From the human T2T-CHM13v2.0 reference genome, Homo sapiens, in NCBI RefSeq assembly GCF_009914755.1, contig NC_060936.1: a stretch of 64,000 nt of DNA; one strand, given 5' to 3'. Positions 1 through 11,570 of this stretch are shown here, one piece after another. A program made the translations under genes and the position numbers. A model generated the notes under the pieces. It saw nothing but the letters and a program-made list of their open reading frames with translations. It was not told the DNA's origin and ran no database searches. The first letter of the stretch is position 1, and every line of letters starts with the position of its first letter.

Positions 1-3000
1 GAATCAACTGACCACTTACTCTTCTGTGTGTCATCTGGCACTACAGAGAAATGTCTCTTTTAATTGCTTGTTTATGTATCTTTCTACTCCATTATAAAAT
101 GAACACCTCCAGGGTGGGATTTTTATCTAATTACTGCCTGCCCCATATCTGACAGGATCCATAATGGAAGCTTAATTAGCAAGTGTTGAATAGATAATGA
201 TTTCATTAAACTATTACAACCAAAACCTTTAGATGCCCTTTCAAATATTTTGATAATGCACTATTTTTGTGGTTTGAAAAGAACAATCCTACCTTAAAGT
301 GCTACCCGACCAGCAATGGAATTTGGATTTTTTTTTTTCGTTTTTGCTCACCATTCATTTATTCAACAAGTATCTCCTATGTGGCAGGAATATATCAGTG
401 AACAAAATGAGCAGAAATCCTTGACCCACATGGGCCGTATATTTTACCACAGGTAAACGTGTGGAGGAAAGAAGTTCTTAGAGCAAACTTGTCTGAAAAA
501 GGTATCAAAAGCCACATTTTGTTATTCATCAACATTTCCTAAATATCATAAGGACAAAACAACAAATCCCTGACTACACATAAAATTTAACTACTTAAAA
601 AACAATGGCATAAAATTAACCCAGATTGTGTACCAAACAAGCAAACTGATTTAATGTCCCTCAAAAAATGCTCATGTTAGGAACCCATTTCCTTGTAGCT
701 TAAAAAAAAGTGATTTTCTTTGTAAGTTTTAATGATTTTATGTGTATAATTACATGCTTTGCATAGATCCTAATTTTAATCCTAATTTGAAGTGGATTTA
801 TTTCATTACTGTTTTGTTTTGAATGCGGCCTATTTCAAAGCCTGTTTATGATCTTAAAACATTCTTCATTTTGTAAATGAAGAGGGCTTTTACGAAACTG
901 CCTCAGGGCTTCTATTCTGAGAGGTATGTTTCTGGAAGTGAGATGGGCCACACCAGAACTGAATGGAGAACATATCTAAACTGGGCTTCTCTATTGAACC
1001 AACCAGCCCAGAGACCACAGAATGAGGCTGCAAGACAGAGAGGCCTCCACAGCTCTTGCACACCAACACTTCCAATCTGATCTCCTGCTTTGTCCTCTAT
1101 TGCTGCTTCCACCTATTCCCCAAGTATGCCCTATGCTTTCCTTCCTTTACCCATTTTGCCCCTTGCTTAGAACGTCCTTTCCTCGTTTCTGTTAAAATAC
1201 TGACATGTCAACATACCATTTCCATTGGTAAGAGCTTCTGGCTTCCCTCTGTTGGAGATAACTGTACCCCCTCTGAATTCATCAGCCATCTCTGATAACC
1301 TATCTTATAAAGCTTAGCAAGTTCTACGTTGCTTTTGCCCCAGCTTGCTACATTTACTAAAGTATAATACATTCTCCTCACTATTCAGCTCACAACATCT
1401 GGAAGGGGACCTTACACAGAACAGGGCTCAATTCGCAGGTCAGATAAAAAGAGTAAACATAATACCCAAGATTTTAACCAATACCTGCCATAGCAAAACA
1501 CTAGGAAGCTTCATTTAGACAGCTCTGCAAAGCATGATTCAATTTCAAAATTACAGAAAAGATTGAGGTTGACAGAACAATTCTTGCTACCTAAAATGAT
1601 GTTATTTCTATGTCAGAAGCAACAAAAAAGGTCCAGATGTCCCAAGCAGACAATGCTGAGAAAAGAATCGTGGTCACTTAAACAGCAGGTTATTTGTTGA
1701 AGGGTCCTGAAGGCCCAAGTAGTTTCCACACAAATAGGTTTCATTTCAGCTGGATTTTTTGGTCACTTTGGATATTTTTGTGCCAACTTAATATGTTACG
1801 GAGAGCTTTGCCCTACCTTTGCTAATTAACAGTACAATAAACAGCAAAAGGAAGGTCACTACTGACAAACTTTGAATATAAAGTGCAGTGAGCTGGGTTT
1901 TAGGCTCATGGTTCCCGCATGTGGAGTTGAATATATGGCCTTTGCTTCCCTTCAGAACCCACAGAGAAAGGGTGAAAAGCACAAACATCAAACAAGTGGT
2001 GAATACACAGATCAGCAGCAGCCCCAGGTTTAAAGCGCTTTCATCAAGCCCCAGCCATAGGGAAGAAATACTTCAACAGCACCCTAAGGGAAACAAAAAA
2101 CTGAATTATGAAACGAAACATTAAAAAAGCATCAGCGGTGTGTCTTAGAAAAATTACTAGTGAGATTTAAGTCACAGCCCCCCACTTTCCCTCAAAAGTG
2201 CTTTCTAATAATACAGAGCACATTCCAAATAGCTTCCCTCTGCCAAAAACTTGCCAATTGTACCTCCCCTGCTCAGCAACCAGGGTGAAAAAAATTCAAC
2301 GCCAGGAGAACCTTAATGCCTTCATTTTTGAAGTAAATTCCAAACATTTATCTTGCGGGGCATTTATCCACAGGGGGAGTAGCTCCTAAATGAATTAAGG
2401 AAGTGAATATGACCTTTAATAGATAATTTGGTTCCCAACTGGAAAGCAGGAGAGGAAAAACAAAGAGGAGAATGGATAAAAAAGGATTCAAATGAAAAAG
2501 TTGGAAAAACAGAGGAGAATGGAATTTACTTGGGAAAAGAATGAAAGCTGAAAGGCAATAGAAAAAGCATAAAAGCAAAAGGAGATGCCATCTAAAGACA
2601 AATGCTAGATAAGCAAAGAGGGCAGGGGTCGCTAATAAACCTTTCAGAGTCCAGAATTACTTAACTCTAAATATTATCTCACTGTAACTTGACGATGGTC
2701 TAGGTTCCAGGCTGGGAGCCCCAGAAAACGAAAGGGGCTAGCAGTGGAGAGGCAAGGTGGGACAGTGCAGGAAAGCAGAGACCCTCGTAAGCTCAAGAAG
2801 CAGCATCAGGTTAGGCTGGATCAAGGAAAGAGCTGGTGCTCAGCTAGGTTTCTGGAAGTGCTGAGAGGCAACAACCACTTGGACTGACTGGTCCGTGGCC
2901 TATCAAAGATTCCACGTGCGCTCGAGGGAGACTAGAGTGACACCCCCTCCCCCCCGACCCTCCCACCTCCCGGGAGAGCCTTGGAGGCTGGACCAACAAA

Positions 3001-3148
3001 CAGATGGGCTCTGGAGGCCAGAGAAGTGGAGGATTCTCTGACCCTGGGAGACCAGACGGGGACCCCGATGGGCAAGAGGCACGCAACACCCAGGGTCAAG
3101 GGCGGTGACAATGGGATCCCGGGCGCCCTTCACGGAGCCCGAACTCAC
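1..3148 (-). other. SLC2A13: SLC2A13 intron 1 (5' part; continues beyond the left edge)
   Basis: Begins at the consensus GTGAGT donor. No further transporter-like exon is seen in 1-3148. Confidence 0.9.
40..445. mobile_element. Degraded L2 3'-end fragments
   Basis: L2-tail-like text: 'cattcatttattcaacaagtat' (~352) and 'gtgttgaatagataatga' (~183). Confidence 0.5.
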
Positions 3149-4130
3149 CGATGCCGAGTCCCACGACCAGGCGGCCGGCGAGCAGTGTCTCCTTGTTGTT
3201 GGCCGCAGCCAGCACCGCGGAGCCGGCGGTGAAGAGGGCACTGGCCAGGAGGATGGCAGCGCGGCGGCCGAAGACGCCGTTGAGGGCGCCTCCGGCCAGC
3301 GCCGAGACGGCAGCCGCCCCCACCGTGCTGGACACCAGCAGCTCCTGCCACAGCGCGTCCAGACTGAGCTGCCGCTTGAGCAGCAGCATGGCCCCTGACA
3401 CCACCCCGGTGTCATAGCCAAACAGGAAGCCGCCCAGCGCGGAGAAGACGGCCACCACGTACACGAAGGCGGGGGTCTCGTCCTGCTGGAACTGCCGCCG
3501 CGCCGCGCGCTCCAGGTCCCCGACGCCGCCGCCGCCCGCGCCCGCGCTCTGCAGGCTGGTGCTCGATTCGGCGGCAGCCAGGAGGCTGCACTCCCCGGCC
3601 GCGCTCGCCGCGTCCGGCTCCGGCTGCTTCCTGCGCCGCTCGCCCATCAGGCTGCTCAGGCTCCGCAGCGTGTACTCCACATTCTCGCTTGCCTTGCGGG
3701 ACATAGGGCAGGGGCCCGGGGCTGCCCGGGGGGACGCGGCTCCGCGGGCCGGCAGTCTCGGCGAGCTAGACAGCCCGAGCCGGCGGGAGCAACCGCCGCT
3801 GCCGCCGCTTTCTTCCTCCCGGCTTCCGCTCCGGCTGCCACGGCAGCAGCCGCCGCCACGGCCGCTCCGGGGAGAAAGTTGCTGCCCGCCGCGCTCCGAC
3901 GCTGCGGAGTTGGAGCCCGGCGGGTCTCACTCCACACTCACGCCCCGCGCCTGCCGAGCTGGCGCTGCGGAGCGGGCGGGAGGCGGGACCGCGGGTCACG
4001 TGCAACCCCGGGCCGGCGGGGCGGGGCCCGGGAAACGTCCCGCCCCCTCCTTGGGCGGGGCCAGGCTCAGCCCGCCCCGGACCCCTAAACCCCGCCCTCC
4101 CGGTGGGTGCGACCTCTGACCTAGGCTCCC
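3040..4130. promoter_or_regulatory. SLC2A13: CpG island / SLC2A13 promoter and GC-rich 5' UTR
   Basis: Very high GC and CpG density spanning exon 1. Multiple GC boxes (GGGCGG/CCGCCC at ~3974, 4019, 4039, 4053, 4072), E-box GTCACGTG at 3995-4002, no TATA box. Exact TSS not determinable. Confidence 0.9.
3149..3704 (-). CDS. SLC2A13: SLC2A13 (HMIT/GLUT13, proton-coupled myo-inositol transporter) coding exon 1, residues 1-185 plus 1 nt
   Basis: ORF 3096..3704(-) reads [31 protein letters not shown]...[14 protein letters not shown]...FGRR...[10 protein letters not shown], with sugar-porter MFS TM1, loop 2-3 and TM4 motifs. Similarity ends at the donor ATCG|GTGAGT (GT at 3148-3147); residues after GIG in the ORF are intron read-through. 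Confidence 0.97.
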
Positions 4131-4911
4131 TCATTTAGGGCTCTGGCAACCGTATGGAATTAACCCTGCCTTCCGAGCTGCAGCGGTGGAGCAAGCCAAT
4201 GTGGCGATGCCATCAGGCAACAGGCTTCCAGACGGGAAGCCACCCAGAATGTTTGCCGTGTTTGGAGAGGAGGGAGAGAGCACCTAAACCAGCCTCACTG
4301 TCCTTCCAGCAGCCTAGAGAGAGGGCTGGAAAAAATATCCTAGAATAGGACCTAGCAAGTACCCTTCCTTTTATAGTATTGTGACATTACCCAGCGTGGT
4401 CTACTTCCCTGGCATTAAATGTGTTTGTTCTGGAGCAATTCAGGGCTGCATGCTCCCATTTCTATAGCTAGTTTCCACTCTCATCGCCAGTCCCTCCTCA
4501 ATTTATGCTTATTTTAAAGGAATGGTACATTTGATTCTTTGAGGACAGAGAACATATCTCTGTGGTGAATCCCAAACCCTCCTTCCATGGATCCCCGACC
4601 TGTAAAAGAAAATTCACATATATGCATTCCACTCATGTAACGGGTAATTCCCAGAAATAGAAAGAAAACTCAAGACCCTGATTTGTGATTCGGCAGGCAG
4701 TCTCCATTTCCCCGCCCCAACATGCTAACCAAAAGGTAGGATAGCTTCTCTCCTGAGAATCCCCACTGTTGCCCTCCATGAGGCACTGTTTTAACAGCCT
4801 CATTTACTTGAAACAAAGCAAAGATAACGTTATTTGCAACCAATTTTTTAAACTGTTGAGTGAATTAACAGTTGTTGGTTCATTTGGGGTTTGTTTCCCC
4901 CTTTAATTTAA

Positions 4912-5145
<234 letters not shown>

Positions 5146-5630
5146 TAATTTGCTTTCATTCTTCAGGCTGAGGGCAAAAAGTCAAGCATCATATGATTCT
5201 ATTCCTACAATTCCACTGCTCTTTTATTTCCCTTATTTGAGCAAAAGCTTTCTTAGCCTGGGGCCTATTTTTCATGCAGCTATAACTTTTTTCCTTTCAG
5301 ACAAAAGGATTTTGTCATTCCTGTTTCAGTAAAAACTTATATTAGAATTTGTCAAAACTGCTTTCGTTTTGATTATCAGTCACGATTATCTCTACAATAT
5401 AGTACTTTCCTTGCCAGCAACAAGGAAAAATAAACTAATGAAGCCAGAGGGCTTAACTATTTAAATGTTATCGTCTGGCTTTAAAGCAAGGCTCTACCGT
5501 CATTCCCAGGCATCAGTTAAACAGAGAGAGCCTTTAGATCTGCAGCAATGAACTCTTTAATATTCAGACCTCGGACAATATTGCAGGTGAGAGCGCGCCT
5601 TTTCCGCGGCATGCTACGGTATAGTAAAAC

Positions 5631-5648
5631 TGCGCCCCCTGGTGGTGA
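5631..5648 (-). promoter_or_regulatory. CTCF core motif (TCACCACCAGGGGGCGCA)
   Basis: Perfect match to CCASYAGRKGGCRS, in a small CpG-retaining patch (5590-5690) outside repeats. Confidence 0.8.
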
Positions 5649-5922
5649 GCCAATTCCCACGGCTTCTGAAGAGAAGGGCTCCGCAGATGAGAAGCATCTG
5701 GTTCTTTGACAGTTCCCTCTTGCTGAGATGAAAATAAACTACTTTTTGTCTCAGCTGGTGCAGTGAACATCTTGGTTCCTGAGCATTCCTTGCTTGAAAT
5801 TCAGCTTTGGGGTCATAGAACAAGAAACTACTTTAAAAATTCTTTTCCGTATTAGGACAGTTATGTATCTGCGGTCAGGTTACATTTTAAAAGAAATGTG
5901 ACGTGAAAAAAAAGGCATCGGA

Positions 5923-6216
5923 GGCCGGGCGCGGTGGCTCACGCCTGTAATCACAGCACTTTGGGAGGCTGAGGCGGGTGGATTACGGGGTCAGGAGTTC
6001 AAGACCAGCCTGGCCAACGTGGTGAAACCCTGTCTCTACTAAAAATACAAAAGTTAGCCGGGCATGGCGGCACGCGTCTGTAATCCCAGCAACTCGGGAG
6101 GCTGAGGCAGAGTATTGCTTGAACCCAGGAGGCGGAGGTTGCAGTGAGCCGAGATCGTGCCACTGCAATCCAGCCTGGGCGACAGAGCGAGATTCCATCT
6201 CAAAAAAAAAAAAAAA
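5923..6216 (+). mobile_element. Full-length AluS (Sg-like)
   Basis: GGCCGGGCGCGGTGGCTCACGCC...poly(A); dimeric structure; similar flanks (ggcatcgga / gcttcgga). Confidence 0.95.
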
Positions 6217-6844
6217 GCTTCGGAGAGTTAAACAGAATTCGTCTCAGCCTTGAGAGGGAGTCCAGTTCAACTTAGCATCAGCGCGTGAGTCTAATATGGA
6301 GTTCCCCAAAGTCGGCCCCAGCTGCGGTTTATGATGAACTGGAAAACCCATGGGCTGAGAATCAAAAGAGATGAATGTCAACACCACCATTGTTTTACCG
6401 TAAAACTTTCCACAAACCACAAGATTAGCTTGTGCTTTGCTTTTTTTTTTTTCTCTCATTTGAAGAGCAGATAATGGTGCAGCAACTACTCATTGACGAG
6501 AGTGTTAAAGGGTATTTTTGAAATATAATTAATTGCTATTGCAGGGCAAATTTAATTACAAGAGTCATTATTGGTTTGCAGTGAGTTCTATAGTTCCAGC
6601 TTTGAGGATATTTGCTTTACAACCTCCAGTAACATGTTCCAAAGCAGTCTAACAATAAAGAAAGGCGAAAAGCCCCTTCTCAATCGTCTTTCCCACCATA
6701 ACAGACCCCTTTGGCCAGAGATAACCACCTCTACCACTTTGAAATATATCTTTCCAGAACTTTCTCTATGAATTTATATGCATATGTATGTACATGGTAA
6801 AATACATATATATATAGTTGTTTTATTTGTTTGTTTTTGAATTG

Positions 6845-7720
6845 TTTTGGATGCAAGAGACAGAGAATCGAGATCAAACTGGTTTAAGCCAAAATAATGG
6901 GAAAGAGGGAGTACTTATTGTCTATTGTCTCTGAAAACTCTCTAATAAGTTGGCGTCAAGTGCAGTTGGATAAAGGACTAAAAACACCAGGATGTCACAC
7001 AGACGTCCATTTCTCCACTCTGCTTCCTACTCCTTAGGCTCCATTCTTAAATTTTATGTGGTGCTCAAAGGGCTGTAGCAAACTCCAAGCCCTATACCTG
7101 AGATAGTTTGGATATTTGTCCCCATCAAAATCGCATGTTGAGATGTAAACCCCCGTGTTGAAGTTGAGGCCTGACAAGACTAGTTTAGATCCTGGGGGTG
7201 GATCCCAAATGAATGGCTTGGGTCATCTCCTTGGCGATAAATGAGCTCCTTTTGAGTTCACAGGAGATCTGGTCCTTTGCTTTCACCGTGTGATGTGCCT
7301 GCTCCCCCTTTGCCTTCCGCCATGATTGTAAGCTTCCTGAGATCTTTCCAGAAACAGATGCCAGTGCTGTGCTTTCTGTACAGCCTGCAGAACTGTGAGC
7401 CAATTAAACCTCTTTTCTTATAAAATATCCAGTCTCAGATATTTCTTTATAGCAAGAACAGCCTAATATAATATCCTTTTCCACTCATGTCTGAAAGGAC
7501 AGAAAAAGAGCCTCTTTCTCCAAAGCCCTAGCAAACTTATATTGTATGTAATTGGATTTGTCAGTTGTGGTACCATTCCTGCCCCAGTTACTGCAGCTGG
7601 GAGATTACAGTTTGGTGATCAGGCTGGGGCCAATCAACACCCACATCATGAGCTGTGAGTGAAGGTAAATTACATGGGCTTAGACTATAGGAGGTTTTCC
7701 CATAAGAAATGTGATGTGCT
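6845..7720. mobile_element. Old MaLR (MLT1-like) LTR remnant interrupted by the MST LTR
   Basis: 'tcaaactggtttaagccaaaa' and other MLT1-like text on both sides of the MST insertion. Confidence 0.45.
7099..7470 (+). mobile_element. MST (MSTB-like) MaLR solo LTR
   Basis: tgagatagtttggatatttgtcccc...gccatgattgtaagcttcctgag...ccaattaaacctcttttcttataaa...gaacagcctaatata. Confidence 0.88.
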
Positions 7721-7932
7721 ATTTTGCCAGAAGTCAGGCGAATAAATGCTGGCAATAAAACCAATATATTTGAGTTGCCATAAGTAATTAGTAAGTTAAC
7801 ATGGCATAAAAGCCAAGTAAACCATTTCAAGAAGGAAGAACTGGCTAAGAGAATCAATTATATTACACAGAGATCAAAGAGAATGAAAACTCATGGAAAA
7901 TCTTTGAATTTTATTATAGAAAGTCAATGAAA

Positions 7933-8231
7933 GACCAGATGCAGTGGCTCATGCTTGTAATACCAGCACTTTGGGAGACCGAGGTAAGTGGATCATCTGA
8001 GGTGAGGAGTTCAAGACCAGCCTGGCCAACATTGTGAAACCCCATCTCTACTAAAAATATAAAAATTAGCTGGGTGTGGTGGCGCATCCCTGTAATCCCA
8101 GCTACTTGGGAGACTGAGGTAGGAGAATCATTTGAACCCAGGAGGCAGAGGTTGCAGTGAGTCAAGATTGCACCACTGCACTACAGCCTGGGCAACAGAG
8201 AGACTCTGTCTCAAAAAAAAAAAAAAAAAAG
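7933..8231 (+). mobile_element. Full-length AluS (Sx/Sz-like)
   Basis: Alu dimer with poly(A); perfect TSD AGAAAGTCAATGAA (7918-7931 / 8232-8245). Confidence 0.95.
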
Positions 8232-9264
8232 AGAAAGTCAATGAACGGTGACTGTGAAGAATCAAAATGTTATTTTGATGGTATTACCTTCATGAAGCCT
8301 AGTAATGCCAGAATCCCATCATTTTGATTATTCCTCATCTCTGTATGTATAATAAGCAATAGCAGCATCAGAAGAAAGATACTGTATTATTAATAAGTAC
8401 AAAGGTAAAGTATGGGTCCTATGGCTTAGTTATGAAGTATAAGATACTTGGGTATTTAGTACTTCCCACAAGAACCTTTCTTTGACTTGCTGTAAGGAGG
8501 AGGAGGAAAAAGCTGAAAGGAAGGAGACAAGAATGGAGGGAAATAAGAAAAGATGGTCAGCATACCCCAATGGCCAGTGCCCTGTCTAGATCTGCCACTA
8601 CAGAGAAACAAGGAGCAGGAAGCACAAGAAGGCATGAGGGATGGATGACCTTTTAACATACACTGACCCTGCCCACTAGTAACTATGACCCGATCAGCAA
8701 TAGAGCCTGTGACACATCATTATATCATCTCCTCCTCCTTTGGGTAGGGAGAGTTGCAATGCCTGTTTCCCCTCAGAGACTTTTAAGAAAGCAATTTTAA
8801 TTAAGATGAAATTAGTGGAAATATCAAACATAGGCTGCATTTTCTATAAGTCTCTTGCTAAATGTAATGAAAGAGTAGCTTAAAGAGTTATCAGGATCAA
8901 GGGAAAGGGTGTGGATGGGGATTAGGTATGACATGAATTTATTTAGATGCTGAAGTAAAAAGAAATAGTCAATTCAAGAGCTGGAATGATTGATAGGACA
9001 AAGTCCCAAAGAAGGCAGAAAGGATATGAGCAAGAACATATGGGGTGAGGCAAGGCTAGCCTAGCCATAGGGAAGAGGAGAGACACTTCTTCCTCTGAGA
9101 AAAAAAGGCAAGGAAACAAAAAAGAACATCATCATAAGAAAGAAGATGATATTAATAACAAGAATAGGGAAAGAGTTCTGTTAAATGGGTAATCTTGTGT
9201 ATTTGGGGGTGAGGGGTGGAGTGAGCCTAAGATGTAGTCACAAAGACTCCACTTCATGTCTTCA

Positions 9265-9350
9265 CTATGCTACTTCCTTGTGTAACCTTGGGCAACTTAT
9301 TCTCTATAAGCTTCAGTTTTCTCTTCTGTAACTGGGAATAATAATACAGT
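9265..9350 (+). mobile_element. MIR core fragment
   Basis: tgtgtaaccttgggcaacttattctctataagcttcagttttctcttctgtaactgggaataataatac. Confidence 0.75.
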
Positions 9351-10052
9351 ATTCATATTTGGATGATTTCAATTCTAACAGATAATCCACATTCAAACTG
9401 TCCTAAACACTACAGAAATACATGGCATGAATCTGAATGGCCAGCTGTTGGGAATGGTATGATCAGCTTTTTCCAAAAATGTTATGAAGGAGCCAGGTTC
9501 TATCACTTTCTCTACTCTGCTATTCTTAGCATATTGGGTTTGCCCTCCACTGGCTTCCCCCAAAGTGGCAAGAGGACTTCAGCATTTTCAGATATCATAA
9601 GTTTCCAATGTATACACATAAGGATAGTACCTAGTTCCTATCCTCAAATGTAATGTCTTTCAGCTAGTAAAATATCCACATGGCCAAATATAAAAGTAAC
9701 TAATAATACATAGCACAATGTACTAAATGATTGCTACAGGGAAAAAAAACCAGAGTAGTTGAATTTTGGTTGTGGAGTGTCAAAATATTCTTTATTGACC
9801 CAGATGAATACCTACAAATGATCAAAATTAAAAAGAAACAAAAAAGAAAACCCAATTTGACTTGTCAATTCAAGGAATGCTCTCATTAAGCAGGATTGAG
9901 CGATCTGAAATGAGAACAATGGGAAGTATTTGTTTCAAAGTAGACTCACTAATGAAACTAACAACTCACTTTATTTCACTGAGATGTGATTAATTTGGTT
10001 TGAGACTGGTTCTTCAGGCAGTTTCAATGTTTGAGCTAGTTAGTGGAAAATA

Positions 10053-10247
10053 ATTTTATTTTTATTTATTTATTTATTAAATTTTGAGCCAGGGTCTTGC
10101 TTTGTAGTCCAGGCTTGAGTAGAGCAGTGCCATCACAGCTTACTGCATCCTTGACCTACTAGGTTCAAGCGATCCTTCCACCTCAACCTCCCTCCTGCTT
10201 TAGCATCCCAAAGTGCTGGGATTACAGGCATGAGCCACCAGGCCCAG
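10053..10247 (-). mobile_element. AluJ with internal deletion (monomer length)
   Basis: Right-arm 3' part fused to left-arm 5' part; TSD GTGGAAAATA (10043-10052 / 10248-10257). Confidence 0.88.
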
Positions 10248-10816
10248 GTGGAAAATACCCTTTAAATTGAACTTGTAACATGATGAGCTCCTTACTGATC
10301 ACTCTGTTTTAAACAATTTTATATATTTTGTTTTGCATTTTGAATCCAAATTGTAAACTCAGTTGTAACACTCACTCTGTCGGAAATTGTAAGTACAGTA
10401 GGCATGGTACCACTGTGACCCTACTTAGCCAAATTGAATGAATTTATCAAGTTAAAACTAAGCAAAGTATGCAGCTGAAACAATCAACATATATTTTATA
10501 ATTGGCTAATGAGTGTTATATAAATTAATAAATTCCTCTTTCCTTATACTCTCAACTCAGAAAAACCAAAAACTTTTAATTTGATAAAACAAATTGTGTA
10601 ACTCATTGTCCATATAATGTTGCATGGCATGAACAAACACTGTTTGGAAAGATACTTTTGTCTTCCCTGTCAGTAGTACTTACACATGCAAAATAAAATG
10701 ATCATTTAAATTAACTTGTGCAAAAAACATTTCAGCAAGAGTGGCCAACCTCAATATATCCAAAAGCATGCTATTGTAATTTCCCTCCAGATTCTCTCTC
10801 ACAATTTTTATAATGT

Positions 10817-11194
10817 TGATATGGGTTGGCTCTGTGTTCCCACCCACATCTCATCTCATAATGTAATCCCCTCATGTTGAGGGAGGGACCTGTAATCCCC
10901 ACGTGTCAAAGGAGGGAGGTGATTGGATCATAGGGGCAGTTCCTCCCATACTGTTCTCATGAAAGTGAGTTCTGATGAGATCTGATGGCTTTATAAGTGT
11001 TTAGAAATTCCTCCTTCATGCTTCTTTTTCCTGCCACCTTGTGAAGAGGTGCTTGCTTCCCTTTCTGCCATGATGGTAAGTTTCCTGAGGCCTCCCAAGC
11101 CATGCAGAATGGTGAGTCAATTAAACCTCCTTTGTTTATAAATTACACAGCCTCTGGTAGTATCTTTATAGCAATGTGAAAACGGACTAATACA
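10817..11194 (+). mobile_element. THE1 (THE1D-like) MaLR solo LTR
   Basis: TGATATGG...GGACTAATACA termini with 5-bp TSD AATGT (10812-10816 / 11195-11199). Confidence 0.92.
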
Positions 11195-11444
11195 AATGTA
11201 TACCATGGAACATTTTTATACCTAGAATACACTGAACCACCTTTGGGTATTGCTGAAGTTGCTTTCACATTTGATTTTCATGCTAAGAGTCAATAAATGT
11301 GAGACAGAGATCCTTTGGAGCATTCACTACTCTCTTCCTGTGATTTTCTTAAACTGGGAATTCTTTTAGAAAACTTATCTTCATAGGTGCAATTAGAGAG
11401 GTTTAATCTACAACTTGGCCTGCAATTAAAGAGTGTCCTTAGTA

Positions 11445-11570
11445 AATGAGAGCAAGGCCTGTGTTTGCTTTGTTTAACACTAAAGCCCTTGAGGCCAGCT
11501 AGTACAGTGCTGCCGCATGTAGGGGCTCAAATATTTATTCCAAGAACATATTAATGAATCAATGAATGGT
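11445..11570 (+). mobile_element. L2 3' end
   Basis: tagtacagtgctgccgcatgtaggggctcaaatatttatt...aatgaatcaatgaatg. Confidence 0.65.

Noticed and set aside
3096-3148. C-terminal [16 protein letters not shown] of the 202-aa ORF
   Set aside because: Lies beyond the GTGAGT donor, so it is intron read-through.
3559-4134. GC-rich ORFs on both strands around exon 1 (186 aa, 122 aa, etc.)
   Set aside because: Expected stop-codon depletion in a CpG island; Pro/Arg/Ala-rich with no recognisable family.
10861-10920. Internal duplication tgtaatcccc...gagggag within the THE1 LTR
   Set aside because: As I recall, this is a feature of a THE1D sub-lineage rather than locus-specific.
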